15,053 nucleotides of DNA, taken from the NCBI RefSeq assembly GCF_006345805.1, contig NW_021825563.1, forward strand, positions 1 to 15,053. Direction: 5' to 3'. Origin of the DNA: Octopus sinensis (taxonomy: Eukaryota). The first letter of the stretch is position 1; each line of letters opens with the position of its first letter. This document shows positions 1 to 9,225 of the stretch, piece by piece. Made by a program: the position numbers and the translations under genes. Under the pieces are notes generated by a model. That model saw nothing but the letters and a program-made list of their open reading frames with translations. It was not told where the DNA came from and searched no databases.

Positions 1-184
1 ATGTAGTATGTATTTATACAGAGTGGGAAATATGATTCTCCTGACAGGTCAAGTTGCCAGCTTTGGGATTGAAAGCTATATCATCTCCAAAATTAGATGT
101 CAGAAATGATCTACATTCTTCATCTAAATGAAGGACCCAATATTATAATAGCGTATGATAAAAACTGCATAGCTATTCAAAACT

Positions 185-360
185 TTGCCCCCAAAACCCA
201 GATAACTACGAAGTGACGTCACAATTCATTTCTACAGTTGGGTGACATGGGATAACATGAAATAAAGTATCTTGCACAATAATGCAACACAGAGCTGGAT
301 CCAGGATTCGAACTCACTACCTCATGTATATGAGCCAGAAACTCTAACCACTGAGCCATG
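185..360 (-). mobile_element. tRNA-derived SINE (degenerate, CORE-like body)
   Basis: The minus strand reads CATGGCTCAGTGGTTAGAG...GTGAGTTCGAATCCTGG: A-box TGGCTCAGTGG (+ 348-358) and B-box GAGTTCGAATCC (+ 304-315). A non-tRNA body follows (GTGTTGCATTATTGTGCAAGATACTTTATTTCATG), so it is not a tRNA gene. The 3' boundary is approximate. Confidence 0.7.
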
Positions 361-705
361 ATATATACGTATGTGTGTGTGTTTGCATATACATATGCAT
401 ATATATATATAAGCATGTATGTTGTTTGACAATTTCAATATTGTGTATTCAACTGCGGGGGCGCACCAGGACACCAATAAGAAAGTCAGCAGGCACGTCG
501 TACCATGGAGTGTAATCACATCAGCATGGCTTCAAATCCCGTTAAACCTCCCACTATACATTCAAACATAACATAACCCACGCGTGTGCACACACACACA
601 CTCAAACATACTTATAAATAGATATGCCAAAACATGTACTCAAACGTTTCTCTATATTTCTGTACACACAGTCACACAGAAGACGTTTCTACACACATAG
701 AGATG

Positions 706-744
706 TATGTATATATATATACATATATATATACATATATATAT

Positions 745-825
<81 letters not shown>

Positions 826-880
826 ATATATATAGGAGAGATAGAGATAGAGGGAGAGAGAGATAGATAGATAGATAGAT
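706..880. repeat. (AT)n microsatellite followed by (GA)n/(GATA)n
   Basis: Directly visible tandem repeats; they account for ORFs 634..870 and 689..973. Confidence 0.95.
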
Positions 881-1300
881 ATTCATATCATATAACAAAC
901 ATATGTATATTTTATGTACGTACCTATGTAAATGTATATATATATATACATACATACACACACAAACACACACTCACACACATATGGTGGCTTAGGAAAC
1001 AGAGACTTCGCAGTCACTCTCTCGCCCTTCATGTAAAAGTGAAATTAAATATACATTCAGCCAAAATGTGTTGAATAATCTTTCAGTTGAAATTAAATTT
1101 TATAAATAATGTCTTGTATATTTGTTAATGGGCGGAGGCTACAATTTAAAGTTTTGTTTATCGTGACTTAATCAAACAGTCTGTTACAAGATGGATCCTG
1201 ATGCGAAAATCGAAGTCCCAGTCAACACCTACAGAAAAGCTGGTATAAATGTAAATATAAACTAGAGAATTATTTCTTTATATTACATTTAATAACATAA

Positions 1301-1664
1301 GTATTGTGATGGTTTGTAGGCAACTTAATATGCCAATCCCAGGAAAGGGAATAATGCTACTGTTGTTAAGCCCCAGAAAGCATCGTTTCCAGTTGGTTAC
1401 GTGACAGAAGCAATCTGTGTCCTTAAGTTTTCAAAGACGAGAGATAAGCACCTCCACCCACCAAAGCCAGAACCCAGAGACTAGTTTCAAAGTTATTGCT
1501 TTGCTGGGTGCAGGAACTTATCTCCCTTGTTTGAAAGCTTAAGAACAAAGAAAGCTTCTGTCACGTGGCCAACTGGAAAGGATGTTTTCTGGGGCTAAAC
1601 AGCAGAAACATTCTTCCCTTTCCTGGGACTGCCACATTATGTTAGCATCAAAACATCTCTTTAT
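1301..1664. mobile_element. Foldback palindrome / MITE-like element
   Basis: 1337-1482 is the reverse complement of 1483-1628 with no indels (about 119/146 identities by manual count), centred on ACTAGT at 1480-1485 with no spacer. Weaker symmetry extends to about 1301/1664. Confidence 0.8.
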
Positions 1665-1818
1665 CATACTGCTAATGTATAACTCTCTCTGAGAGATATA
1701 TAAATCCAATATTTCTAACCTAAATAGTTCTGTTATATATTTAAGAAATGAAGAATCAAGTACATTATTTACATTATTTACATTTTACGGATATTTGTCC
1801 TCATCATGTTTGTTGTCC

Positions 1819-1863
1819 AAACAATGTTTCGGCTAATATACCATCTAGCCTTCATCAGGTATC
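1819..1863 (-). ncRNA. Minimal type-I hammerhead ribozyme motif (probably decayed)
   Basis: The minus strand reads GATAC-CTGATGA-A-GGCTA(gatggtatat)TAGCC-GAAAC-ATT-GTTT. The canonical CUGAUGA and GAAA cores flank a 5-bp helix II. Position 16.2 is A rather than the G needed to pair with C15.2, and helix I has mismatches. Confidence 0.6.
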
Positions 1864-1904
1864 TTGGGGAAATTTCGAATCTGGGTTCTCATTCCTAAGG
1901 TATT

Positions 1905-1989
1905 TTATTATTATTATTATTATTATTATTATCATTATTATTATTATTATTATTATTTAATTATTATTATTATTATTACTATTACTATT

Positions 1990-2021
<32 letters not shown>

Positions 2022-2146
2022 TATTATTATTAATTATATTATTATTATTATTATATTATTATTATTATTTATTATATTATTATTTATTATTTTATTATTT
2101 TATTATTATTTATTATTATATTATTATATTATTATTATTATTTATT
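1905..2146. repeat. (ATT)n microsatellite, internal to the SINE-like element
   Basis: Directly visible; it accounts for ORFs 1748..1960 and 1864..2223. Confidence 0.95.
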
Positions 2147-2299
2147 CATGTCACTTTCCTGGAATCGAACTCGGAATCTTGGTGTTAGTAGCCCGCGCAA
2201 ACCCGTGTCTCCTTTACAGTTAGTTTGCTAACATACGAACTGAAATGGCACGTTCTATCTCTCTCGCTTTCTCTGTCTCTATGTTGTGCGGAAGTAGAA

Positions 2300-4087
2300 C
2301 AGTCATATTTGGTTGGCTACTAATGAACTGGTTACTAATAGACATGCGCAGAGAGTGTGGGGAAAGAGTCGGTGGGCTTTGAAAGAACCGTGTCGTTTTA
2401 TACTAAGTGACGTGTGATTCCCGTGCAGATAAGTTACCTTTTGTTGAGGTATCTCCCTAACGAGTTTACACATTGTTGAAACTGTTGAACTATTGTTAAC
2501 TAATTGTTGTACTGTTTGACTTGATTTTGCTTTCTCCCCCATTCAGGGGCGAGAATTGTATTTAGCTATGGATATGGTGCAGGCAGCCAGGCAGATACGA
2601 GCCGGAAACTATGCGTCTTTAGCAAGCAGCGAAAAAATGTTATCCTGCTGGAGGTGAATTTGGAAATTTTGAAGAGGAGGAAGGATATAATTCAGAGATG
2701 GATCAAAGCTAAAGCTGACTCACCTTGAAGATCGTACAAAAATGAAAAATAAGCAAATGGTGTTTTACAGAACGTTGTCAGTCAAGAGTAAGAAAATAGA
2801 GATGGCAGGCGAAGAAACCATAGTGGAGTACCTGAAAAAATTCAGGAATGATAACCAGTTTTTTTCTAGAGGAAGATTTGGTACAGAGGAAGTGCGTTTT
2901 GCTACCGTAGAAGGGGGCAATAAAGCACTCCACCGCGCATGTGCGAACGAGGGAATGGTCATTCCTGCCAATCTATTTTGGTAAACGTGTGACGAGAGTA
3001 AGGATTGGCAGGATGGCCCCAGATATCGTTTAGATGTCGCTGTTTGCAGCAATTTTGACAGGGACAAAGGAGGACCCCAAAATAATAAAAGTGACTCGGA
3101 CAAAGCAATTAAAGTAATGGTGATGCGGCCTGGAAGTTGTAATCCAGGCCACCTCACAGGACTTGGAAGAAATAGTGGAGGAAATTGAGCTGGAAGAAGA
3201 AGTGAAGCTGCGAGTGGTGTTGGAGGGGAGACCTCTCACCTGCTACCACTGCAGAAAGAGGGGGCACATAAAGGTGAGCTGCCCCTTTTAAACAACCAGA
3301 CCAGTTAAGGAGAAGCAGGAAGAGAACAGCAAGACCACAGAAGAAACAAATGTGGTAAGTATATAGAAGAGTTCTAGGAGGTACAATGCAGAAAGAGAAA
3401 GGAAATAAAAATCCACCCCTCCAAAAGAACCTGAACAAAAAGAAAGAGACAGAAACAAGTAACACATGAGCATCCACAAAATATAGAAAACACTCACACA
3501 GTCTATCACACCGCCGCAAACATGCCCCCCCCACACACACACAAATAATCCAAACTACCCAGAGTCTCCAGATAAATATAGACTAACAGAAACAGAAACA
3601 CAAACCTCACAGGCCAGTCAGAAAAATGAGTCATTTTGTGATTACCTATGTGACGAGCACGGCCACCAAGAAAACAATTTCAAAAATGAAATCAAGAGTA
3701 TGAGTTAAAATGCCTGAAGGATCCTACCCAACAAACATTAAGTTTATATTAATAGATATGGACAGGTACAAAAAACGAAAAGAAAATTTCGGTAATGACA
3801 TAGACCCATTGGGACCGGAGGTGAAATGCAACTCTCTACCCCACGTGATAGTATATGAGACCTTGAAATCATACATGATCCGATAATGTAAGTTTAAATT
3901 TGATTTAAAACTGATAAACATTGAAGAAAAGATATTGTTAAATGCTACTTCTCGAGAAGGGGGTTCCAATCGCATTAAGTCGATAATTCATTTCATTCAT
4001 TCGTTTAAGTTTTATGACCCCACTTTGTATAATCTGTCCTTGTGCTGTCTCATCTGTGTTGGGCCCACAGTGGCCAATGAAGAAATT
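2300..4087 (+). mobile_element. LINE-derived element: putative 5' UTR + ORF1 relic + LINE-like 3' end, no ORF2 detected
   Basis: A continuous non-microsatellite block around the ORF1 relic, with a K/E/T-rich ORF1-like extension to about 3700. It ends in ...GTGGCCAATGAAGAAAT (4086), similar to the SINE 3' tail at 9423-9475. Boundaries are inferred. Confidence 0.5.
2742..3291 (+). pseudogene. Decayed LINE ORF1 (gag-like, single CCHC zinc knuckle; L1/Tx1-like)
   Basis: Joining frame 3 (from 2742) to frame 1 across a frameshift near 2912-2917 gives ...GRFGTEEVRFATVEGAIKHSTAHVRTREWSFLPIYFGKRVTRVRIGRMAPDIV*...LEVVIQATSQDLEEIVEEIELEEEVKLRVVLEGRPLTCYHCRKRGHIKVSCPF*. Cx2Cx4Hx4C lies at 3241-3282, preceded by EGRP-T, as in L1/Tx1-clade ORF1p. 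In-frame stops occur at 3031, 3115 and 3121. Confidence 0.75.
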
Positions 4088-4123
4088 GACAGTGGGTGAG
4101 TTGTGTAAAGCCGGGAGTTACAG

Positions 4124-4150
4124 TATATCGCACGTCGAACGTGCGATATA
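4124..4150. other. Perfect 12-bp inverted repeat (hairpin)
   Basis: TATATCGCACGT-CGA-ACGTGCGATATA, just upstream of a (CA)n/(TA)n tract. Confidence 0.85.
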
Positions 4151-4177
4151 ACACTCTCACTTTCTCGCTCTTCTCTT

Positions 4178-4284
4178 CACACACACACACACACACACAC
4201 CATCTATATATATATATATAATATATATTATATTATATATGTTTGCATGTATATATATGTACGTATGTATATATGTATATATGT

Positions 4285-4332
<48 letters not shown>

Positions 4333-4445
4333 TATATATATCTATATATATATATAAAATTTACTAAGTCTCTCTAAAATAATATTTTATATATATATAT
4401 ATGTATATATATGTGTGTGTATATACGTCTATGTATGTGTGTGTG
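4178..4445. repeat. Compound (CA)n/(TA)n/(TG)n microsatellite region
   Basis: Directly visible. Confidence 0.9.
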
Positions 4446-4959
4446 TCTATGTGTACTAGCGCATATACGCATAAATGTCTAAGTAAAAATAGTGATAAAT
4501 ATCTTGATGGATCGAAGGACGGATAAAGGAAATATATACATACATACTAACACAAACACATATGTATATATATACACGCTCCTATACCGTTATGTATATA
4601 TACAGGCAAAGAAAGGCATACATAAATGCATACATATATATATGCATACCACGCAAGCAATAATAATGTAGAAGGTATAGTTACGTACGGTCTAGTTGTT
4701 TAGAATAACTTTGAAATCCTGCTGTATTTAATGTCAGTTTTGACACCCACCGTTGGAACTCGACACAGGTTCGTATAACTTTCTTTATTACTGAAGTAAG
4801 CAAGACACCAATGTGAAACCATAGATTTAGTCATTAGGTCCTATTTTATTTCACCATCAAGGAAATTTCAGTTATTTTCAAACACACCCATATACAGTCA
4901 CACATATATATTTAATATACATATGGATATATGTATATGTGTAAACGTAATGTGTAAAT

Positions 4960-4986
4960 ATATATGTACATAAATGTATATATATA

Positions 4987-5019
<33 letters not shown>

Positions 5020-5066
5020 AGTGTATATCAGTATATATATATATATATGTCTGTGTGCGTGTGTAT

Positions 5067-5107
<41 letters not shown>

Positions 5108-5295
5108 AAATGTGGGTGGCATTTGTACATTTTTTACGGGATTACTCTTTCTATTTACCACGTCGTGTATATGTGTGTGTGTGTGTGTGTGTTTGTGTGT
5201 GTGCTTGTATGTGTGTGTTTTATGCAGCCATGTTTGTCTGTGTGTGTATACTTCTGTGCGTTCACATGTACATATATGTGTCTGTGTGTACACTG
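4960..5295. repeat. (TA)n/(TG)n microsatellite region
   Basis: Directly visible; it accounts for the stacked ORFs at 4898-5418. Confidence 0.9.
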
Positions 5296-5484
5296 TATGC
5301 AGAAAGCAATTTTATGGGAAGGGAGCAGGGGTACTACATCGACGCAAATCAATGTATGATAATTTATTCTATTAACTTCGATCTGATGAAAATCAAAGTT
5401 GACCTCGGTGAGTTTTGAGATCAGAACGAAAAACGTCCGCGAACCATTTTGCTCCAGGTGCCAAAAATTCTAGTAGCTTGCCCC
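5295..5484 (-). mobile_element. Old copy of the same tRNA-derived SINE family as 9226-9831
   Basis: ATGAAAATCAAAGTTGACCTCGGTGAGTTTTGAGATCAGAACG (5386-5428) aligns with ATGAAAGGCAAAGTCGACCTCGGCGGAATTTGAACTCAGAACG in the unit at 9607-9831. TACTACATCGAC also matches. Confidence 0.65.
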
Positions 5485-5499
5485 TACTGTATATTCACA

Positions 5500-5770
5500 C
5501 AGATATAGACAAAAAAGTGACCTTACTTCCAGTTATTACGTTTTGAGTTCTAATCCTACAGACTCGAATATTTCCCCTACAAGTTCGTTAAAATAAAGAA
5601 GCCGTTAAATGCCTCGGTGGATGTAACTGAGTTGCTCCTAGACTGAAACGTTAGGGGATTTAACCCTGCAATGGACGGGCCTCCATTTCAGATTGGATGT
5701 TGTGCTATCGGTCATTTATAGGCCACCCGGAACCCAGCTAAACGTCCTAATGTGATCTAGGGCTCAAGAA
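5500..5770 (+). mobile_element. Degenerate tRNA-derived SINE
   Basis: B-box-like GAGTTCTAATCC (5545-5556), and AACCCTGCAATGGACGGGCCTCCATTTCAG (5662-5691), which resembles the CCCTGCGATGGACTGGCNTCCCATCCAG motif found in the 3' part of many metazoan SINEs (from recollection). Confidence 0.5.
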
Positions 5771-5851
5771 AGTTATAGAGATATGCATATATACATATGT
5801 ATACATATATATGTAAATAAATTTATAAGTACACACACATACATATGAATA

Positions 5852-5866
5852 TGTGTGTGCGTGTGC

Positions 5867-5920
<54 letters not shown>
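5852..5920. repeat. (GT)n microsatellite
   Basis: Directly visible. Confidence 0.95.
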
Positions 5921-5922
<2 letters not shown>

Positions 5923-6454
5923 AAGCAGTGATCCGGCTCTTCATATCCTACTCCCGTCAAAGTGAAGTAAACGAGTGCAAGAAGATTAGCAGAGTTGCTG
6001 CGTTTGTGTTTTCGCTGAATGAAATCCTCTGGAGATTTGCCGTCGGTGAAGACCCCCCTCTCCTCACCACGAACGACATGTACACGCTTTCCACCCCGAC
6101 GGTCCCTATCGACTTAGTTTACGAATGATGGCGTTGCGACCCTGCAAGACGAAACAGTGATATTGTATGACTTCTAATTATTTCAAGACATTGAACAAGA
6201 AAGACAACTCTGCATTGAAGGAGCTCCAAACCTGTGCAGCAGCGTGCGTAGTATGTTGAGCAACAAGCATGGCGTACTTTTACATTTCCCGCGTAAGATT
6301 TGATTCAGACGTGTAAATATCCTCCACGCATCTCAAGTAAGCAACGGAAAATAAGAAACTAATAGTTTACTGCAAGTTGCGTAGAATTATGTTTGAGCGT
6401 CTTCCATTTATGGCCAGCTAAATTTGTTTACACAAAGGCCTTTTATGAGCACTC

Positions 6455-6675
6455 TGTGTGTATGTGTGTGTGTGTGTGAGAGAGAGAGAGAAAGTGTGCG
6501 TGTACGCGCATATGAATTTCTTAAAAGATTGCCGAATATATTGGATGTATATTTATATATATAATTCAACTTTATGTGTATATAAACACACACACACACA
6601 CACATACACACATACACACACACACACTATATAATATATATTATATACTATATATATACATATATATATACATAA

Positions 6676-6714
<39 letters not shown>

Positions 6715-6770
6715 AACATTATATATATATATATATTATATTTATTTATTTATATAATATATTTGTATAT
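6455..6770. repeat. (GT)/(GA), (CA)n and (TA)n microsatellite cluster
   Basis: Directly visible. Confidence 0.9.
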
Positions 6771-7819
6771 TCACGGGTCTGTGTGTCTGTGTGTGTATGT
6801 ATGAGTGTATGTTATATACATAGTCATGTACATACATCCTCGTAAACACTTTAATAATATCTACATGCTTATATTGGGATTTCATGTTGTTTCTTTGATA
6901 TTAATAATTTATTTTTCAGCTATGCCTTTTCAAGCTTACAAGTATTGATTTCCCCCTAATTACTCGCATACACACATATACACCATATATGCAAATGCAT
7001 TCGTAATATAAAACATACATGCATTGATATACATAAGCTCACACAGACATACGTACACAAATATATGCATGCATTAAGTATGTATACATATACACATTTA
7101 TACACATTTATATGTATACATATACACATTTAAATACAGTTACACATACATAAGTATACATGTATTATTTACGTAAGATTACATGTATGTAAATATACAT
7201 GTATATCTGGAAATATGCATGTATGTATATGTGTGTGTGTGTGTGTATGTATGTGTGTACTGACGTCATGATAAGAATATTTTATGTTGAAGTATATTAA
7301 CAGTTTCATTACGATGCACATCAGAAATTTTTAAGAAATATCACGTGACGCATACCAATATCTACAAACAAACATCGGCGTATCTTATTTCTCATCCTAT
7401 CGCAGCGTCAGTTCATGTAAACCGTGCTATCCGGTGTATTCATATCAGAAAATGAAATAGTTTCGTTTTTTTGTTTTTTTTTTTTTTGCTTTTTTTAAAA
7501 TTTCTTATCAAGATGAAATATTAATTTTTGTTGACAGGAACGGCATTAAGGAAATGAATATGTTCACAAACAACCAAAAACATGACGGAAAATATGCTTG
7601 AAATTTAAAAGAAATTTTAACAAACAAAACATTTAATGATATGCGGTGGATTCTTCTGTCATTTTTGAAAAGTTCTTGAAACTGCTTTGATCATTGTAGG
7701 AAGGTATACAATTTCATGCTCCATTTAAAAGAAAAACGTATATTGCTTGATGCTATTGATGTTGATGTAACAATCAATTGAACGAAAATAATTCTTCGCA
7801 CCCAATACCCTATTTCCAC

Positions 7820-7978
7820 TAATAATAATACGATTGATGATGATGATGGAAATAATAATAATAATAAATAATAATAATAATAATAAAATAATAATAATAA
7901 AATAATAAAATAATAATACGGATGATGATGATGATGATATCATAATAATAATAACAACAACAACAACAACAAAACAGC

Positions 7979-8044
<66 letters not shown>

Positions 8045-8105
8045 GAGAAGAGAAGAAGAAGAAGAAGAAGAAGAGAAGAAGAAGGGGAGGACTGATAATA
8101 ATAGT
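7820..8105. repeat. Compound trinucleotide microsatellite (AAT)n/(GAT)n/(AAC)n/(GAA)n
   Basis: Directly visible; it accounts for ORF 7725..8123. Confidence 0.95.
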
Positions 8106-8579
8106 GTTTTTCTTATTATCCATCAGTCTTTATGTATATAATACAAAACACATTATGTAGAATAGTTACAAAATAAGTGGAGATTTACATTTAAATTATT
8201 CAAACGCAATGGAACCAAATGTTGTTCTTCCACTCTTCAACGAAGAATCAGACCCTCTTTCTCTCCCATCCAATCATGTCCTTCTTTCAACTGCAAACCG
8301 GATCTTAGAAATTAATATGTTCTACTCAAATATCTCTTAAAGAAACATGCTGTTTGTTCACTTCTAAAGCCTAGATGATCTATAGTAGGGCTGGCCATTA
8401 ACTAAATGGATTTCCTTTATGACCGTTCATCTCTCTTTTCCTCGACGGTTTTTTCCAATCTTCTCTCGGACGCATATCCTCATCGCTATAAAACACTGGG
8501 AGAGCCTTCGTCCTTGCACTGTCAGTCTGGTAAAAAAAATTTTCCTTTCTAGATGGAGCATTCTTTCCAGTTGGCTTTG

Positions 8580-9206
8580 TAGTAAACGGGGCTTATAAGG
8601 AAATGGAGCCTGATGAATACCACCCTCTAAGAACATACGTTTGTAGATCATACCTGAACGCAATCCCTACACGAAGTCCGTTTAAAAGTTATAATGAGCC
8701 CATCATCCACAACGACACCAATATCACCAGTCATAACACACGCACTTCCCTTGCCAGCATATTGAATTATTACCCGATTGGAAGGTGTCTACCTTCTCCG
8801 CTCATTCCAAGCCAGTGTCGTATATTATGGACCCGAATCACCAAGTATACTAACCAGACTAAAAGAGCGTTCATCCAGCAACACATTGACAAAGACCACT
8901 GTAACTCATAGTTCGAAGACTTATGTCAGATCACTGCTATTAAAGCAGACAAAAGTTAATGTCATTCTTCCTCTTTCGTTAAATCTTTGAACAGGAAGTC
9001 ATAGTCTAGCGTGGCAAATGGTCTTTTCCTTGGATAAAACTGATCGACAGAATATACCTATGACTCTTAAAGTTAGCAATACATATGTTTCTCTTTTTAA
9101 TCTGTCGTTGGTACTTATGGCACTTATTCGGCGGACATTAAGTCATGCATATATCAGGAGAATACGTCCCTTTTTGAGAGACTTCCCACAGCTTATTGGC
9201 ATTTAG
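8580..9206 (+). pseudogene. Possible GIY-YIG endonuclease relic (C-terminus of a Penelope-like element ORF)
   Basis: The frame from 8778 reads EGVY-LLRSFQASVV-YYG-PESPSIL-TRLKER. This is GIY-x10-YIG spacing followed by x7-TRLKE(H); the R codon CGT is one change from His CAT. TTVTH and AYIRRIRPFL (9147-9176) downstream resemble the later PLE endonuclease motifs. The Cys residues typical of PLE endonucleases are absent, so the call is tentative. Confidence 0.4.
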
Positions 9207-9225
9207 ATTAGAATCGTTCGTATTC

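Larger units (their letters stand above)
1761..2198 (-). mobile_element. SINE-like element: tRNA-derived head (5'-truncated) + (AAT)n + 3' region with hammerhead motif
   Basis: The minus strand reads GCGCGGGCTACTAACACCAAGATTCCGAGTTCGATTCCAGG (B-box at + 2161-2172; A-box missing), then a long (AAT)n tract, a unique segment, CTGATGA...GAAAC, and a terminal tandem (AAATAATGT) repeat at 1761-1782. Confidence 0.65.

Noticed and set aside
420-550. B-box-like GGCTTCAAATCCC and a GC-rich patch
   Set aside because: No convincing A-box or SINE body; too degenerate to call.
634-973. ORFs made of IY/YI/CV/HT repeats, here and at 4898-5418, 5747-6128, 6408-6623, 10936-11253, 11714-12583, 12845-13420 and 13754-14349
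   Set aside because: Translations of (AT)n, (GT)n and (TATC)n microsatellites, which lack stop codons; no coding signal.
1181-1255. EVPVNTYRKAGINV, resembling DJ-1/PfpI 'IPVDVMRRAGIKV', followed by a GTAAAT donor-like site
   Set aside because: The upstream part of the motif needs a frameshift and includes a stop, and no further exons were found. A ~14-residue resemblance is compatible with chance; blastx would settle it.
3724-3975. 83-aa minus-strand ORF
   Set aside because: Antisense to the LINE-derived block, with no recognisable motif.
5629-5655. CTGAGTT...GAAACGTT hammerhead-like spacing
   Set aside because: The core lacks G8/A9, there is no helix II or helix I pairing, and it lies inside a SINE body.
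6124-6160. ATGATGG...TTGC/GCAA...GAAAC hammerhead-like pattern
   Set aside because: The core is mismatched, the would-be cleavage triplet is GUG and there is no helix I.
8700-8800. Minus-strand VIIQYAGKGSACVM, resembling the PLE 'ADKG' motif
   Set aside because: Conflicts with the more complete plus-strand GIY-YIG pattern over the same bases, and no RT motifs follow downstream.
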